32,000 nucleotides of DNA, taken from positions 1-32,000 of the forward strand of contig DXIU01000112.1 of the NCBI GenBank assembly GCA_019112765.1, given 5' to 3'. The position numbers and the translations under genes are program-made. Position 1 is the stretch's first letter, and every line of letters begins with the position of its first letter. This document shows, in pieces, positions 9,499-18,013 of this stretch. This DNA is from Candidatus Mediterraneibacter norwichensis (GTDB lineage: Bacteria; Bacillota; Clostridia; Lachnospirales; Lachnospiraceae). The notes below the pieces were generated by a model. The model worked only from the letters and a program-made list of their open reading frames with translations, had not been told where the DNA came from and made no database searches.

Positions 9499-9591
9499 AC
9501 TCCTTTATCAATCAGGCCCGCAGAATCCGCTTCGCGCTTTCCGCGCGCTTCCGTTTTCTATATATACTTCTATATAAGCTCTGCCGGAAAT

Positions 9592-11046
9592 CTATCTGTC
9601 CCGCAGCACATTGAGACGCTCGATCTTCTCATCTTCCGGACCTGTCATGGAACATCCTTTTTCTTTTGCGTACACAATATACTGTATGATCTCGTCCGTA
9701 ATCTCTTCCCCGGGCGCCAGCACCGGAATTCCCGGAGGATAGCACATAACAAATTCCGAGCAGACGCGTCCTCTCGTCTGTTCCAGCGGCAGAGATTCCT
9801 TCTCCGCATAGAAAGAATCCTGAGGTGTCATGACAACCTTCGGCGAAATATATTCCTGGGAAAGCATTCCCGTCTTATCTTTCTTGTAACGGCGCTTTAA
9901 GTCCGCAAGGGCAGTTACAAGCCGCTCCACTTCCCGGATCCTGTCGCCGATAGACAGATAGGCCAGAATATTGCCAAGATCCCCGAATTCGATCTGAATG
10001 TCATATTCGTCCCTGAGAATATCGTAAACCTCGATCCCCGCAAGACCGATATCCAGCGTATGGATCGACAGTTTCGTGGGATCGAAGTCATAGATGCTGT
10101 CTCCGTTTATCATCTCCCGGCCGAAGGCATAGTAATCCCCGATCTGGTTAATCTCTCCTCTGGCATATTCTGCCAGAGCCGTCACCCTCTGGAAAGACTC
10201 CTCTCCCCGAAGCGCAAGATTCCTTCTGGATATATCCAGGCTTGAAAGCAGCAGATAGGATCCGCTGGTCGTCTGGGTCAGATTGATGATCTGGCGGACA
10301 TACCCCGGCTGCATTCCCTCTCCTGTAAGAAGAAATGAACTCTGGGTCAGGCTTCCCCCGGACTTATGCATGCTGACCGACGCAATATCCGCCCCTGCTT
10401 CCATTGCTGATACCGGCAGATCCTTTCCGAAATAAAAATGAGTGCCGTGGGCTTCGTCGGCCAGCACTTTCATCCCTTTTGCATGAGCCGCCTTCACAAT
10501 CGCCTTCAGGTCGGAACAGATCCCGTAATACGTGGGATTATTGACAAACACAGCTACTGCGTCCGGATTATCCTCAATGGCCTGAATCACATCCTCCCGT
10601 TTCATTCCCAGGGAAATTCCAAGCCGCTGATCCACATCCGGATTGACATACACCGGTTTTGCCCCGCAGAGAACCATCGCGTTAATGGCGCTGCGGTGCA
10701 CATTCCGCGGCAGTATAATTTTGTCCCCTTTCTTGCAGCAGGCCAGAATCATAGTCTGAACCGCTGACGTAGTACCTCCCACCATGAGAAATGCATGGCT
10801 GGCTCCAAACGCGTCTGCGGCAAGTTCCTCCGCCTCCTTGATTACGGACACCGGGTGGCACAGATTATCCAGAGGCTTCATGGAATTGACGTCAATGCTG
10901 ACGCATCGCTCTCCAAGAAGCTGTACCAGCTCCGGATTGCCTCTGCCGTGTTTATGTCCGGGCACGTCAAATGGCACGACCCGGTCCCTTCTGAATCTTT
11001 CCAGCGCTTCATAAATAGGCGCTCTTGTCTGTGATAATTTTCCCAT
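9592..11046 (-). CDS. speA: Arginine (Orn/Lys/Arg family) decarboxylase, PLP-dependent fold type I
   Basis: The protein has OKR_DC_1-type architecture with the PLP-lysine motif SMHKSGGSLTQSS. Its size and context match Bacillus-type SpeA. I moved the start to ATG 11046 (MGKLSQ), which has a GGGGAAGGA SD sequence upstream. The track's ORF, starting at 11118, runs through a terminator hairpin. Confidence 0.85.
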   Translation of the reverse strand: MGKLSQTRAPIYEALERFRRDRVVPFDVPGHKHGRGNPELVQLLGERCVSIDVNSMKPLDNLCHPVSVIKEAEELAADAFGASHAFLMVGGTTSAVQTMILACCKKGDKIILPRNVHRSAINAMVLCGAKPVYVNPDVDQRLGISLGMKREDVIQAIEDNPDAVAVFVNNPTYYGICSDLKAIVKAAHAKGMKVLADEAHGTHFYFGKDLPVSAMEAGADIASVSMHKSGGSLTQSSFLLTGEGMQPGYVRQIINLTQTTSGSYLLLSSLDISRRNLALRGEESFQRVTALAEYARGEINQIGDYYAFGREMINGDSIYDFDPTKLSIHTLDIGLAGIEVYDILRDEYDIQIEFGDLGNILAYLSIGDRIREVERLVTALADLKRRYKKDKTGMLSQEYISPKVVMTPQDSFYAEKESLPLEQTRGRVCSEFVMCYPPGIPVLAPGEEITDEIIQYIVYAKEKGCSMTGPEDEKIERLNVLRDR

Positions 11047-11095
11047 ACCAAATTCCTTCCCCATATTCCGGTCTTTTATCTGACACATGTATAAT

Positions 11096-11134
11096 GCGAA
11101 AAACACAGGCATGCACATACGTCATGCCTGTGTT
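11096..11134 (-). terminator. Intrinsic terminator or attenuator hairpin about 50 nt upstream of the speA start
   Basis: The minus strand reads AACACAGGCAUG-acguaugug-CAUGCCUGUGUU followed by UUUCG. The stem is 12 bp and perfect, and its base merges into a 5-U run. Confidence 0.55.
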
Positions 11135-11518
11135 CATATCACGTTATTATCCTCTCAGTAAAACCTGACAGCAGTTTATTCTTTTCAGATAAAACAGATA
11201 TTGGACTTAGAGTCTATATAGCAAATATTTTTACTTTTACTACTCTTATTGACCGTTTCACAAGTTTCGTATGCCCTATGCACACCGGTTATAAAGTAAC
11301 CAACTTATAAAATTTGAGCTCCTAACTCAATCAATAATGCAGCTTGACGCCGCGTAAAATATTTGCATGGAGAACTTTCCCTATACCTGCTTTCCATACA
11401 CCAGATATGGTAACACACTATATCCGTAAATTCAAGAAATTTCTGTTTTGTCAGACGGAGATCCGCAGTCCGCTTCGCTGCCTGCCCGTAACCGGACAGC
11501 CGCATCCCTGCTTTCCTG

Positions 11519-12742
11519 TTACAGTCCGCTGCTGAACTCCTCAATCTTCTGCATAACCCGGTCCTTCTCGCTGCCCTCCAGCGGAGTAGGCTGATAATTG
11601 TTATAGCCGGAAACGGATGACACGGAACAGGGAATGATATTTGTCACGTCGTCTTCCACCAGCTGTCCGTTTTCTATGGTAAATGTCTGCTGGAAAATCA
11701 TCGTATCTTTATCCGATGGATTGCTGTTTCCTCCGAAGCAGAAATTTCCCAGACTGTAAACAATATTTTTTCCCTTATATTTCTCAATTCCCTGAAGCAC
11801 ATGGGGATGATGCCCGAGAACCAGATCTGCCCCGTTGTCAATGGCGGAATGAGCCAGGTTCTTCTGGTTGTCATTCGGGTAATTTTCTCTCTCCATTCCC
11901 CAGTGGAAACTGACAATTACAACCTGCGCTCCCTCGGACTCCACTTTCTTAATGTTCTCAATCATCCCGGCCTCGCAGCCCATGCCGTCAGCCAGTTCGT
12001 AAGTTCCGACCAGCCCCACTTTCACGCCGTTCACATCCACTACAGCAGTCCGGTCGTATCCGAAGGTGGTTATACCTGCCTCTTCCATATAGTTGATCGT
12101 ATCCGTGTAGCTCTGTTCCCCGTAGTCACGGCTGTGGTTGTTGGCCAGATTGGCTGTCTCCACACTTCCGGATGTAAGAATCTGCGTAAACTCCCCGGGT
12201 CCTTTAAATGCAAAGGTCTTATCCTGCCGGGAATCCGACTCCGTCAGCGTCCCTTCCATGTTTACGATCGTCAGGTCATCTGACTCAAAAATGGGCTTTA
12301 CATTCTGCAGAAAATATGCCGCCCCATTGCTGTTATAATAGGCGTTCAGACTGGTACTCTGATTAAAACTTGAATCCGTCCCCAGAGTGCAGTCTCCTGC
12401 CGCGCTTATGGTAATGGATACCGGAGGCTGCTGTTCCGGCTCTGCCTCCTGTTCTTCTTCTGTCTCTCCGGCAATTGTAAGATCCTGTGCCTGCTGCCGC
12501 GCTTCATTTTCTCTTTCCGCGCCGCCTCCTGAAAAGTGTCTTGCCAGAGCCGCAATTCCCGCAATTATCAGGCCAATACATATCAGCCCTCCGATCATCG
12601 CGGCAATCAGAATACGCCGTTTCCTCCGCCGTCTCTGCATCTCAAGACGACGCCTTTCCGCGCGGCTCATTCTTCTGCGGGGCGCCCCTGTACCGTCTGT
12701 ACTGCGTCTGCGCTGTTCTTCCCCCTTGTTCACTTTTATCAC
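11519..12742 (-). CDS. CapA/PGA_cap-family metallophosphoesterase-like protein, membrane anchored
   Basis: The motifs AAGDCTLGTD, VNMEGTLT, ANNHSRDYG, SFHWGMER and LGHHPHVLQGIE are present. The N-terminus is an Arg-rich segment followed by one transmembrane helix. The start may be GTG 12733, which follows a GAGGTGA SD sequence, rather than GTG 12742. Confidence 0.85.
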   Translation of the reverse strand: MIKVNKGEEQRRRSTDGTGAPRRRMSRAERRRLEMQRRRRKRRILIAAMIGGLICIGLIIAGIAALARHFSGGGAERENEARQQAQDLTIAGETEEEQEAEPEQQPPVSITISAAGDCTLGTDSSFNQSTSLNAYYNSNGAAYFLQNVKPIFESDDLTIVNMEGTLTESDSRQDKTFAFKGPGEFTQILTSGSVETANLANNHSRDYGEQSYTDTINYMEEAGITTFGYDRTAVVDVNGVKVGLVGTYELADGMGCEAGMIENIKKVESEGAQVVIVSFHWGMERENYPNDNQKNLAHSAIDNGADLVLGHHPHVLQGIEKYKGKNIVYSLGNFCFGGNSNPSDKDTMIFQQTFTIENGQLVEDDVTNIIPCSVSSVSGYNNYQPTPLEGSEKDRVMQKIEEFSSGL

Positions 12743-12831
12743 CTCTCATTTGTAAAAACTTTTCCATAAACAGATTCTGTCCGCTCTGCCCTTATGGTAT
12801 CATCTGAGAGGCTGTTTTGCAATCACGCTCT

Positions 12832-15465
12832 TTATTTTACCCGCGGGAAACATATATTTACCCGGAACAGGTCTCCATCCAGATAGAGGTCAAATGTTCC
12901 GCCCTGCATCACCGTCAGGCTCTTGGCAATAGACAGGCCCAGTCCGCTGCCCTCTGTACTTCTGGAAATATCGCCCCGGATAAACCGCTCCGTCAGCTCA
13001 TCCGCTGAAATGTTGAGCTGCTGTTCCGATACATTTTTCAGTGAAAATTCCACCTTGTCGTCTCCGATCCGCAAATCCGCATATACACGGGTTCCCGACA
13101 TGGCATATTTCACCGCATTATTGAAAATATTTTCCAGTACTCTCCACATGCGGCGTCCGTCTACGCGGATAACCGCAGGCTCCTCCGGAAGATTCATTAC
13201 AACCATCAGATTTCTTGCAGCAAATTTCTCTGAAAATTCTCCTTCTGTCTGCTGGATCATCTCAGTAAAATTCACATCCATAAACTCCAGGCTGATATTG
13301 CCGCTGCTGACTTTGGATGCTTCAACCACATCTTCCGTCAGTATCTTAAGGCGCTGTGCCTTGGATTCCAGAATATCCAGATATCCCCGGATTCTTTCAT
13401 CCTGTATATTTTCCCGTTTCAGAATATCCACATAATTGATGATGGAGGTAAGCGGCGTCTTAATATCATGTGATACATTGGTAATCAGATCTGTTTTGAG
13501 ACGCTCATTCCGCATTGCATCGTCCACGGCACGATTCAGGCCTCTTCCGATGTCATTCACTTTTTCTGCCAGCGCCTTGTCCTCACCGCGAATCCCTTCT
13601 GTGGCAATCTGGTAGCTCATATTTCCCGATGCGATTTCTTCGATTCCTTCCTTGATCCGTTTCTTTGCAGCCGCGCGGTTCAGCACAAACCAGACCGCCG
13701 CCGCGTCTGCCGCAGCTGCCAGAATAGCCAGCGGAAGACTGCGCCAGAGAATCGCCGCCCACTGGCACGCCAGAAACGCTGTAAACAATACTGCTGCTCT
13801 GGCAGACAGCGCTTTTGCCTCAAATGCTTCATTTCCAAAGACCAGTACCGCGCGCAGCAGACTGTTTTTCCAGAGCGTTTTCCCCTTGAGACGTTTTATA
13901 AAGCTGGCATATCCCGCGAAAAAACATCCGAAGGAAAACAATCCGTAGAAAAATGCAGCCAGTACATCCAAAAACCGCAGTGTAGTGCCGGTCAGAGTAG
14001 AATAAACATTCATATTCGTTTGCTCAAGAAGCCTGGCACCATAATATGAGAGCTCGGCTGTATCCCAGCTGTCTGTCACGCTCCAGTTTTCTATCCCGAA
14101 CAATGCCGTTGTCAATCCCAGCAGCAGCAGAGTCACCCCCAGCCATATTCCGATAATCAGAACCGCCGCGATCTCTGTTTTGCATCTGTCAAATGATGTA
14201 AGGTGTACTTCATTATCTTCCGTTTTTCTTCCTGCTGCCATAGCAGTCCACACAACCGATACAAGAAACAGAATTCCGAAAATAAACATGCAGCGAAGCG
14301 CGGCCTTCAGGAACGGGACATTTTCCCCGTAAGACATACGTGCCTCATAGAACTGATCATTTATAGGATAACTGGTATCTACCGCAATAGCCACCACACT
14401 GTCCATTTTCCGGTCTCCCTCATAGGCCCGTACCTTATCCCATTCTCCGGATTCCGAGATATTCATGTTTGTTTCAAAATCCTTCAGCTTCGGATGGATG
14501 ATCATATACCGCACAGATTCTCCGGATTTCATCTCCCGGATATTATTTTTCAATTCATCATAATTACTGTACTCCTCTTTATTTGTGGCTACCTTTCTGG
14601 TTGCTTCATTTGCATAAATATAAGTAAGATTTGTATTGCCTTCTTCCAGGTACTCCCACCCGTTTTCATATACCAGCAGCTCATCATACAGGCTGCTCAG
14701 AGTGGACGCAATATTTTCATATATAATCGACAGTTTTCCGTTAAGCTGAGGCGTCTCATTCACCACCTGAAGCAGATTGTCCGCGCCGGCCGGAGCATAT
14801 TTTTCGCGCAGAGATTCTCCAAAATTCCAGCAGTCCGTGTAAAGGATATTCCCCTCCGGATCTGTGATGCGCATCCGGTAAAAACCGGAAGTTGTAAGCG
14901 TACCGTCCTCCAGCTGCTGAAGATACTCATCCTGCGTTATCTGATATTCTTCATTATTATCAAACTCTATCCTGAGCTCCCCCCTGTCAAACAATGCCAG
15001 GAAGTCGTCAAGATAATAGTAATAATAATTTCCATCCGGCTGTTCACAGACAATTACGCTGTTATCATCATAGAGCTGCCCCTCGCCTGCATAAAAATCC
15101 TCACCCCAGTCTTTCAGCTCATCCAGTGTATATGCCACGCCGGAATGATTATCCCCTGTTATAACCAGGTTTCTGGAATAATCCATAATGTCCACAAGCT
15201 TATCCGGATTGTAAGCTCCGTCTGTCTCAAACATCTGTTCCAGCCGGATCCGGTTCATGATCTCATACACACTGTTTTCTACTGACATATTAAAGTCTTC
15301 GGAATCTTCATATTCCTGAGTCAGAATCCTCTGGATATCTGACGGATTCACCGTTCCCGCAAGGGAAATCGCTGCCAGAAGTGACGCGGCAAATACCGCG
15401 CCGCTTACAATTCCCACAATTACAGCGACCACTTTCACCACTGTTTTTCTGTACCATCGTTTCAT
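12832..15465 (-). CDS. Sensor histidine kinase with a large extracytoplasmic domain and multi-pass membrane region
   Basis: The H-box VSHDIKTPLTSI, the N-box NAVKYA and the G-box GSGLGLSIAKS are present. The N-terminus has one transmembrane helix, then a ~370-aa hydrophilic domain, then several more transmembrane helices. Confidence 0.92.
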   Translation of the reverse strand: MKRWYRKTVVKVVAVIVGIVSGAVFAASLLAAISLAGTVNPSDIQRILTQEYEDSEDFNMSVENSVYEIMNRIRLEQMFETDGAYNPDKLVDIMDYSRNLVITGDNHSGVAYTLDELKDWGEDFYAGEGQLYDDNSVIVCEQPDGNYYYYYLDDFLALFDRGELRIEFDNNEEYQITQDEYLQQLEDGTLTTSGFYRMRITDPEGNILYTDCWNFGESLREKYAPAGADNLLQVVNETPQLNGKLSIIYENIASTLSSLYDELLVYENGWEYLEEGNTNLTYIYANEATRKVATNKEEYSNYDELKNNIREMKSGESVRYMIIHPKLKDFETNMNISESGEWDKVRAYEGDRKMDSVVAIAVDTSYPINDQFYEARMSYGENVPFLKAALRCMFIFGILFLVSVVWTAMAAGRKTEDNEVHLTSFDRCKTEIAAVLIIGIWLGVTLLLLGLTTALFGIENWSVTDSWDTAELSYYGARLLEQTNMNVYSTLTGTTLRFLDVLAAFFYGLFSFGCFFAGYASFIKRLKGKTLWKNSLLRAVLVFGNEAFEAKALSARAAVLFTAFLACQWAAILWRSLPLAILAAAADAAAVWFVLNRAAAKKRIKEGIEEIASGNMSYQIATEGIRGEDKALAEKVNDIGRGLNRAVDDAMRNERLKTDLITNVSHDIKTPLTSIINYVDILKRENIQDERIRGYLDILESKAQRLKILTEDVVEASKVSSGNISLEFMDVNFTEMIQQTEGEFSEKFAARNLMVVMNLPEEPAVIRVDGRRMWRVLENIFNNAVKYAMSGTRVYADLRIGDDKVEFSLKNVSEQQLNISADELTERFIRGDISRSTEGSGLGLSIAKSLTVMQGGTFDLYLDGDLFRVNICFPRVK

Positions 15466-15507
15466 AAAAGTCCTCTTTCCCTCTGAAGCGGCTCTCCCTG
15501 CCGGAGG

Positions 15508-16203
15508 TTACAGCTTCTCAATTTTATATCCCACTCCCCAGACCACTTTCAGATATCTCGGGTCTTTCGGATTAATCTCAATTTTCTCACGGATGTGGCG
15601 GATATGTACCGCAACGGTATTATCCGCGCCGATTGCCTCTTCATTCCATATTGATTCATAGATCTGGTTAATTGAAAATACCCTGCCCTGGTTTTTCATA
15701 AGCAGACGAAGAATATTATATTCAATCGGCGTAAGCTTCACCGGTTCTCCGTCGACGGTAACTTCCTTCAGATCATCATTCATCCGCAGGCCGCCCACCT
15801 CATATACTTTGTCCTCATCCTTCTGCACGGTTCCGCCAAGCTGGGTGTACCGCCGGAGCTGGGATTTCACCCTTGCCACCAGTTCAAGCGGACTGAACGG
15901 CTTTGTCACATAGTCGTCCGCCCCTACATTCAGCCCCAGAATCTTGTCCGCGTCCTCAGATTTGGCAGACAGTATAATAATGGGAATGCTGTTCTTCTCA
16001 CGGATCTTAAGGGTGGTTCTGATTCCGTCCAGCCGGGGCATCATCACATCCAGAATCAGCAGGTTCACTTCCTCAGACTCCAGAATCTTTATGGCCTCCA
16101 TACCGTCATACGCTTTTAAAATATGGTACCCCTCCTGGGACAGATATATCTCAATCGCTTCGACAATTTCTTTATCATCATCACATACTAAAATATTATA
16201 CAT
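15508..16203 (-). CDS. OmpR/PhoB-family response regulator
   Basis: The receiver domain (ILVCDDD...LDVMMP...LSAK) is followed by a winged-helix C-terminus (VWGVGYK). I moved the start to ATG 16203, which follows a GGGAGGTG SD sequence. Confidence 0.95.
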   Translation of the reverse strand: MYNILVCDDDKEIVEAIEIYLSQEGYHILKAYDGMEAIKILESEEVNLLILDVMMPRLDGIRTTLKIREKNSIPIIILSAKSEDADKILGLNVGADDYVTKPFSPLELVARVKSQLRRYTQLGGTVQKDEDKVYEVGGLRMNDDLKEVTVDGEPVKLTPIEYNILRLLMKNQGRVFSINQIYESIWNEEAIGADNTVAVHIRHIREKIEINPKDPRYLKVVWGVGYKIEKL

Positions 16204-16280
16204 TCTCATCACCTCCCTTACAGTATACATGATATGGGGAAATTTTTAAGAGGGAAGCAGGGAAAATCTTAGGATTTTAT

Positions 16281-16343
16281 GAATATTCAGACAGCTTGGG
16301 CAAAAGGGGACAGTCCCCTTTTGCCCAAGCTGTCTGAATATTC
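16281..16343. terminator. Perfect 30-bp inverted repeat with a 3-nt loop downstream of xylB
   Basis: gaatattcagacagcttgggcaaaagggga-cag-tccccttttgcccaagctgtctgaatattc. The T-run is clear only on the plus side (ctgtttt). The likely role is terminating xylB, but the stem is atypically long. Confidence 0.5.
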
Positions 16344-16409
16344 TGTTTTGACAGAACAACAGCGCTCCACCTGAACTGTGCAGCGCTGTCACCTTACATG
16401 TATGTTCTT

Positions 16410-17867
16410 TTAAAACATCCCTTTCAGCGCCGGATACAGCTTTCTGAACTTCTGATATCTTTCTTCGTACTTCGCTGTAAGTTCCGGATCCGGCTCTTCT
16501 GTTGCCACGACTTTCACCAGCTTTTTCGCCGCCTCTTCAACAGAAGAGAATACGCCGCAGCCTACTGCCGCCAGAATGGCCGCGCCGTAGCCCGGTCCTT
16601 CTTCGCTTTCAATGATGTCAACTTTCATATTCATAACGTTCGCAATAATCTTTCTCCAGAGCGGACTCTTTGCTCCGCCTCCGCAGATTTTGGTACGCTC
16701 CGGGCTGACGCCGATGCTGCGGGCCACTTCGAGGGAATCCCGCAGGCCGAATGCCACGCCTTCCAGCACCGCCTGAGTCATATCTTCCCTGGTTGTGTCC
16801 ATGCTCATGCCGATAAACGCCGCTCTTGCGTCCGGATCATTATGCGGAGAACGTTCTCCCATCAGATAGGGCAGATAAAACACCCGGTTCCCGCCAAGTT
16901 TCGTAATTCCCGCCTGTTCTTCCTGGTAAGCCTTTGTTTTGAGTATCTCATCCATCCACCATTTATTGCAGGATGCCGCGCTTAACATGCATCCCATAAG
17001 ATGATAATTACCGTCCGCATGGGCAAAGGAATGCAGCGCATTGTTCTCATCCACGCCGAACTTTTTGCTGGAAATAAACAGAGTTCCTGATGTACCAAGG
17101 GAAATATTGCAGCCTCCGTCTCCTACCGTGGCTGTTCCCACAGCGGCAGCCGCGTTGTCTCCCGCTCCGGCGATTACTTTTACGCTTTCCGGAAGGCCCA
17201 GATCTTCCGCGATCTCCTTCTTCAATGTACCCACAACTTCCCAGCTCTCATAGAGTTTCGGAAGCTGTTCTTCTGTAATGCCGCAGATTTCCAGCATTTC
17301 TTCCGACCAGCATTTGTGCTCCACATCAAGAAGCAGCATGCCGGATGCATCGGAATATTCTGTGCAGAAGGAACCTGACAGTTTATATGCGAGAAAATCT
17401 TTCGGCAGCATGATTTTGCATATTCTCGCGAAATTTTCCGGCTCATTTTCCTTCATCCAGAGAATTTTCGGAGCCGTAAATCCCGCAAACGCAATATTGG
17501 CCGTATATTCGGACAGTTTATCTTTTCCGATCACCTGATTGAGATAATCCGTCTGCTTACCGGTGCGCCCGTCATTCCAGAGAATAGCCGGACGAATTAC
17601 CTGATCCTGGTCATCCAGCGCAACGAGGCCATGCATCTGTCCTCCGAAGCTGATTCCCTGCACCTGGCTTTTATCACAGTCCGCGGTCAGTTCTCTGATT
17701 CCTTCCATACTCTGAGCGAACCAGTCTTCCGGATTCTGCTCGGACCATCCGGGATGCGGGAAATACAGCGGGTATTCCCTGGATACGATTTTACATATTT
17801 TCCCATTTTCATCCATCAGCAGCAGCTTTACTGCCGATGTGCCAAGATCAACTCCTATAAACAGCAT
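16410..17867 (-). CDS. xylB: FGGY-family carbohydrate kinase, xylulokinase-like
   Basis: The N-terminal motif GVDLGTSAVK, the FGGY N- and C-terminal domains, the motif GGGAKSPLW and a length of 485 aa all fit XylB. Confidence 0.85.
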   Translation of the reverse strand: MLFIGVDLGTSAVKLLLMDENGKICKIVSREYPLYFPHPGWSEQNPEDWFAQSMEGIRELTADCDKSQVQGISFGGQMHGLVALDDQDQVIRPAILWNDGRTGKQTDYLNQVIGKDKLSEYTANIAFAGFTAPKILWMKENEPENFARICKIMLPKDFLAYKLSGSFCTEYSDASGMLLLDVEHKCWSEEMLEICGITEEQLPKLYESWEVVGTLKKEIAEDLGLPESVKVIAGAGDNAAAAVGTATVGDGGCNISLGTSGTLFISSKKFGVDENNALHSFAHADGNYHLMGCMLSAASCNKWWMDEILKTKAYQEEQAGITKLGGNRVFYLPYLMGERSPHNDPDARAAFIGMSMDTTREDMTQAVLEGVAFGLRDSLEVARSIGVSPERTKICGGGAKSPLWRKIIANVMNMKVDIIESEEGPGYGAAILAAVGCGVFSSVEEAAKKLVKVVATEEPDPELTAKYEERYQKFRKLYPALKGMF

Positions 17868-18013
17868 GCCTTACCTCCTGCTTTTGCCGCGGATGCGGCT
17901 TTTTTCAGAAACGGCCGCGTCGCTTCTCAAGCTGACGCGGCCGGCCTCTTATCTTTTATTTTTTCTGTTTCAAATGTCTCCTGCAGATTCTCTCTGCCGA
18001 ATTCCCTTCAGAA

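Noticed and set aside
9499-9591. Looked for a speD/speH gene or a terminator between speA and speE
   Set aside because: The gap is only 93 nt, which is too short for a gene. It holds only a 5-bp GC hairpin with no U-run, so the two genes are probably co-transcribed.
11305-11544. Two mutually overlapping small ORFs (79 aa on minus, 63 aa on plus) in the speA upstream region
   Set aside because: Neither has an SD sequence. They overlap each other and the end of the CapA-like gene, and I recognise nothing in either sequence. I treat the region as non-coding leader.
14203-15285. A 360-aa plus-strand ORF inside the histidine kinase gene
   Set aside because: It is antisense to the kinase gene, has an Ile/Phe-rich composition and carries no start context.
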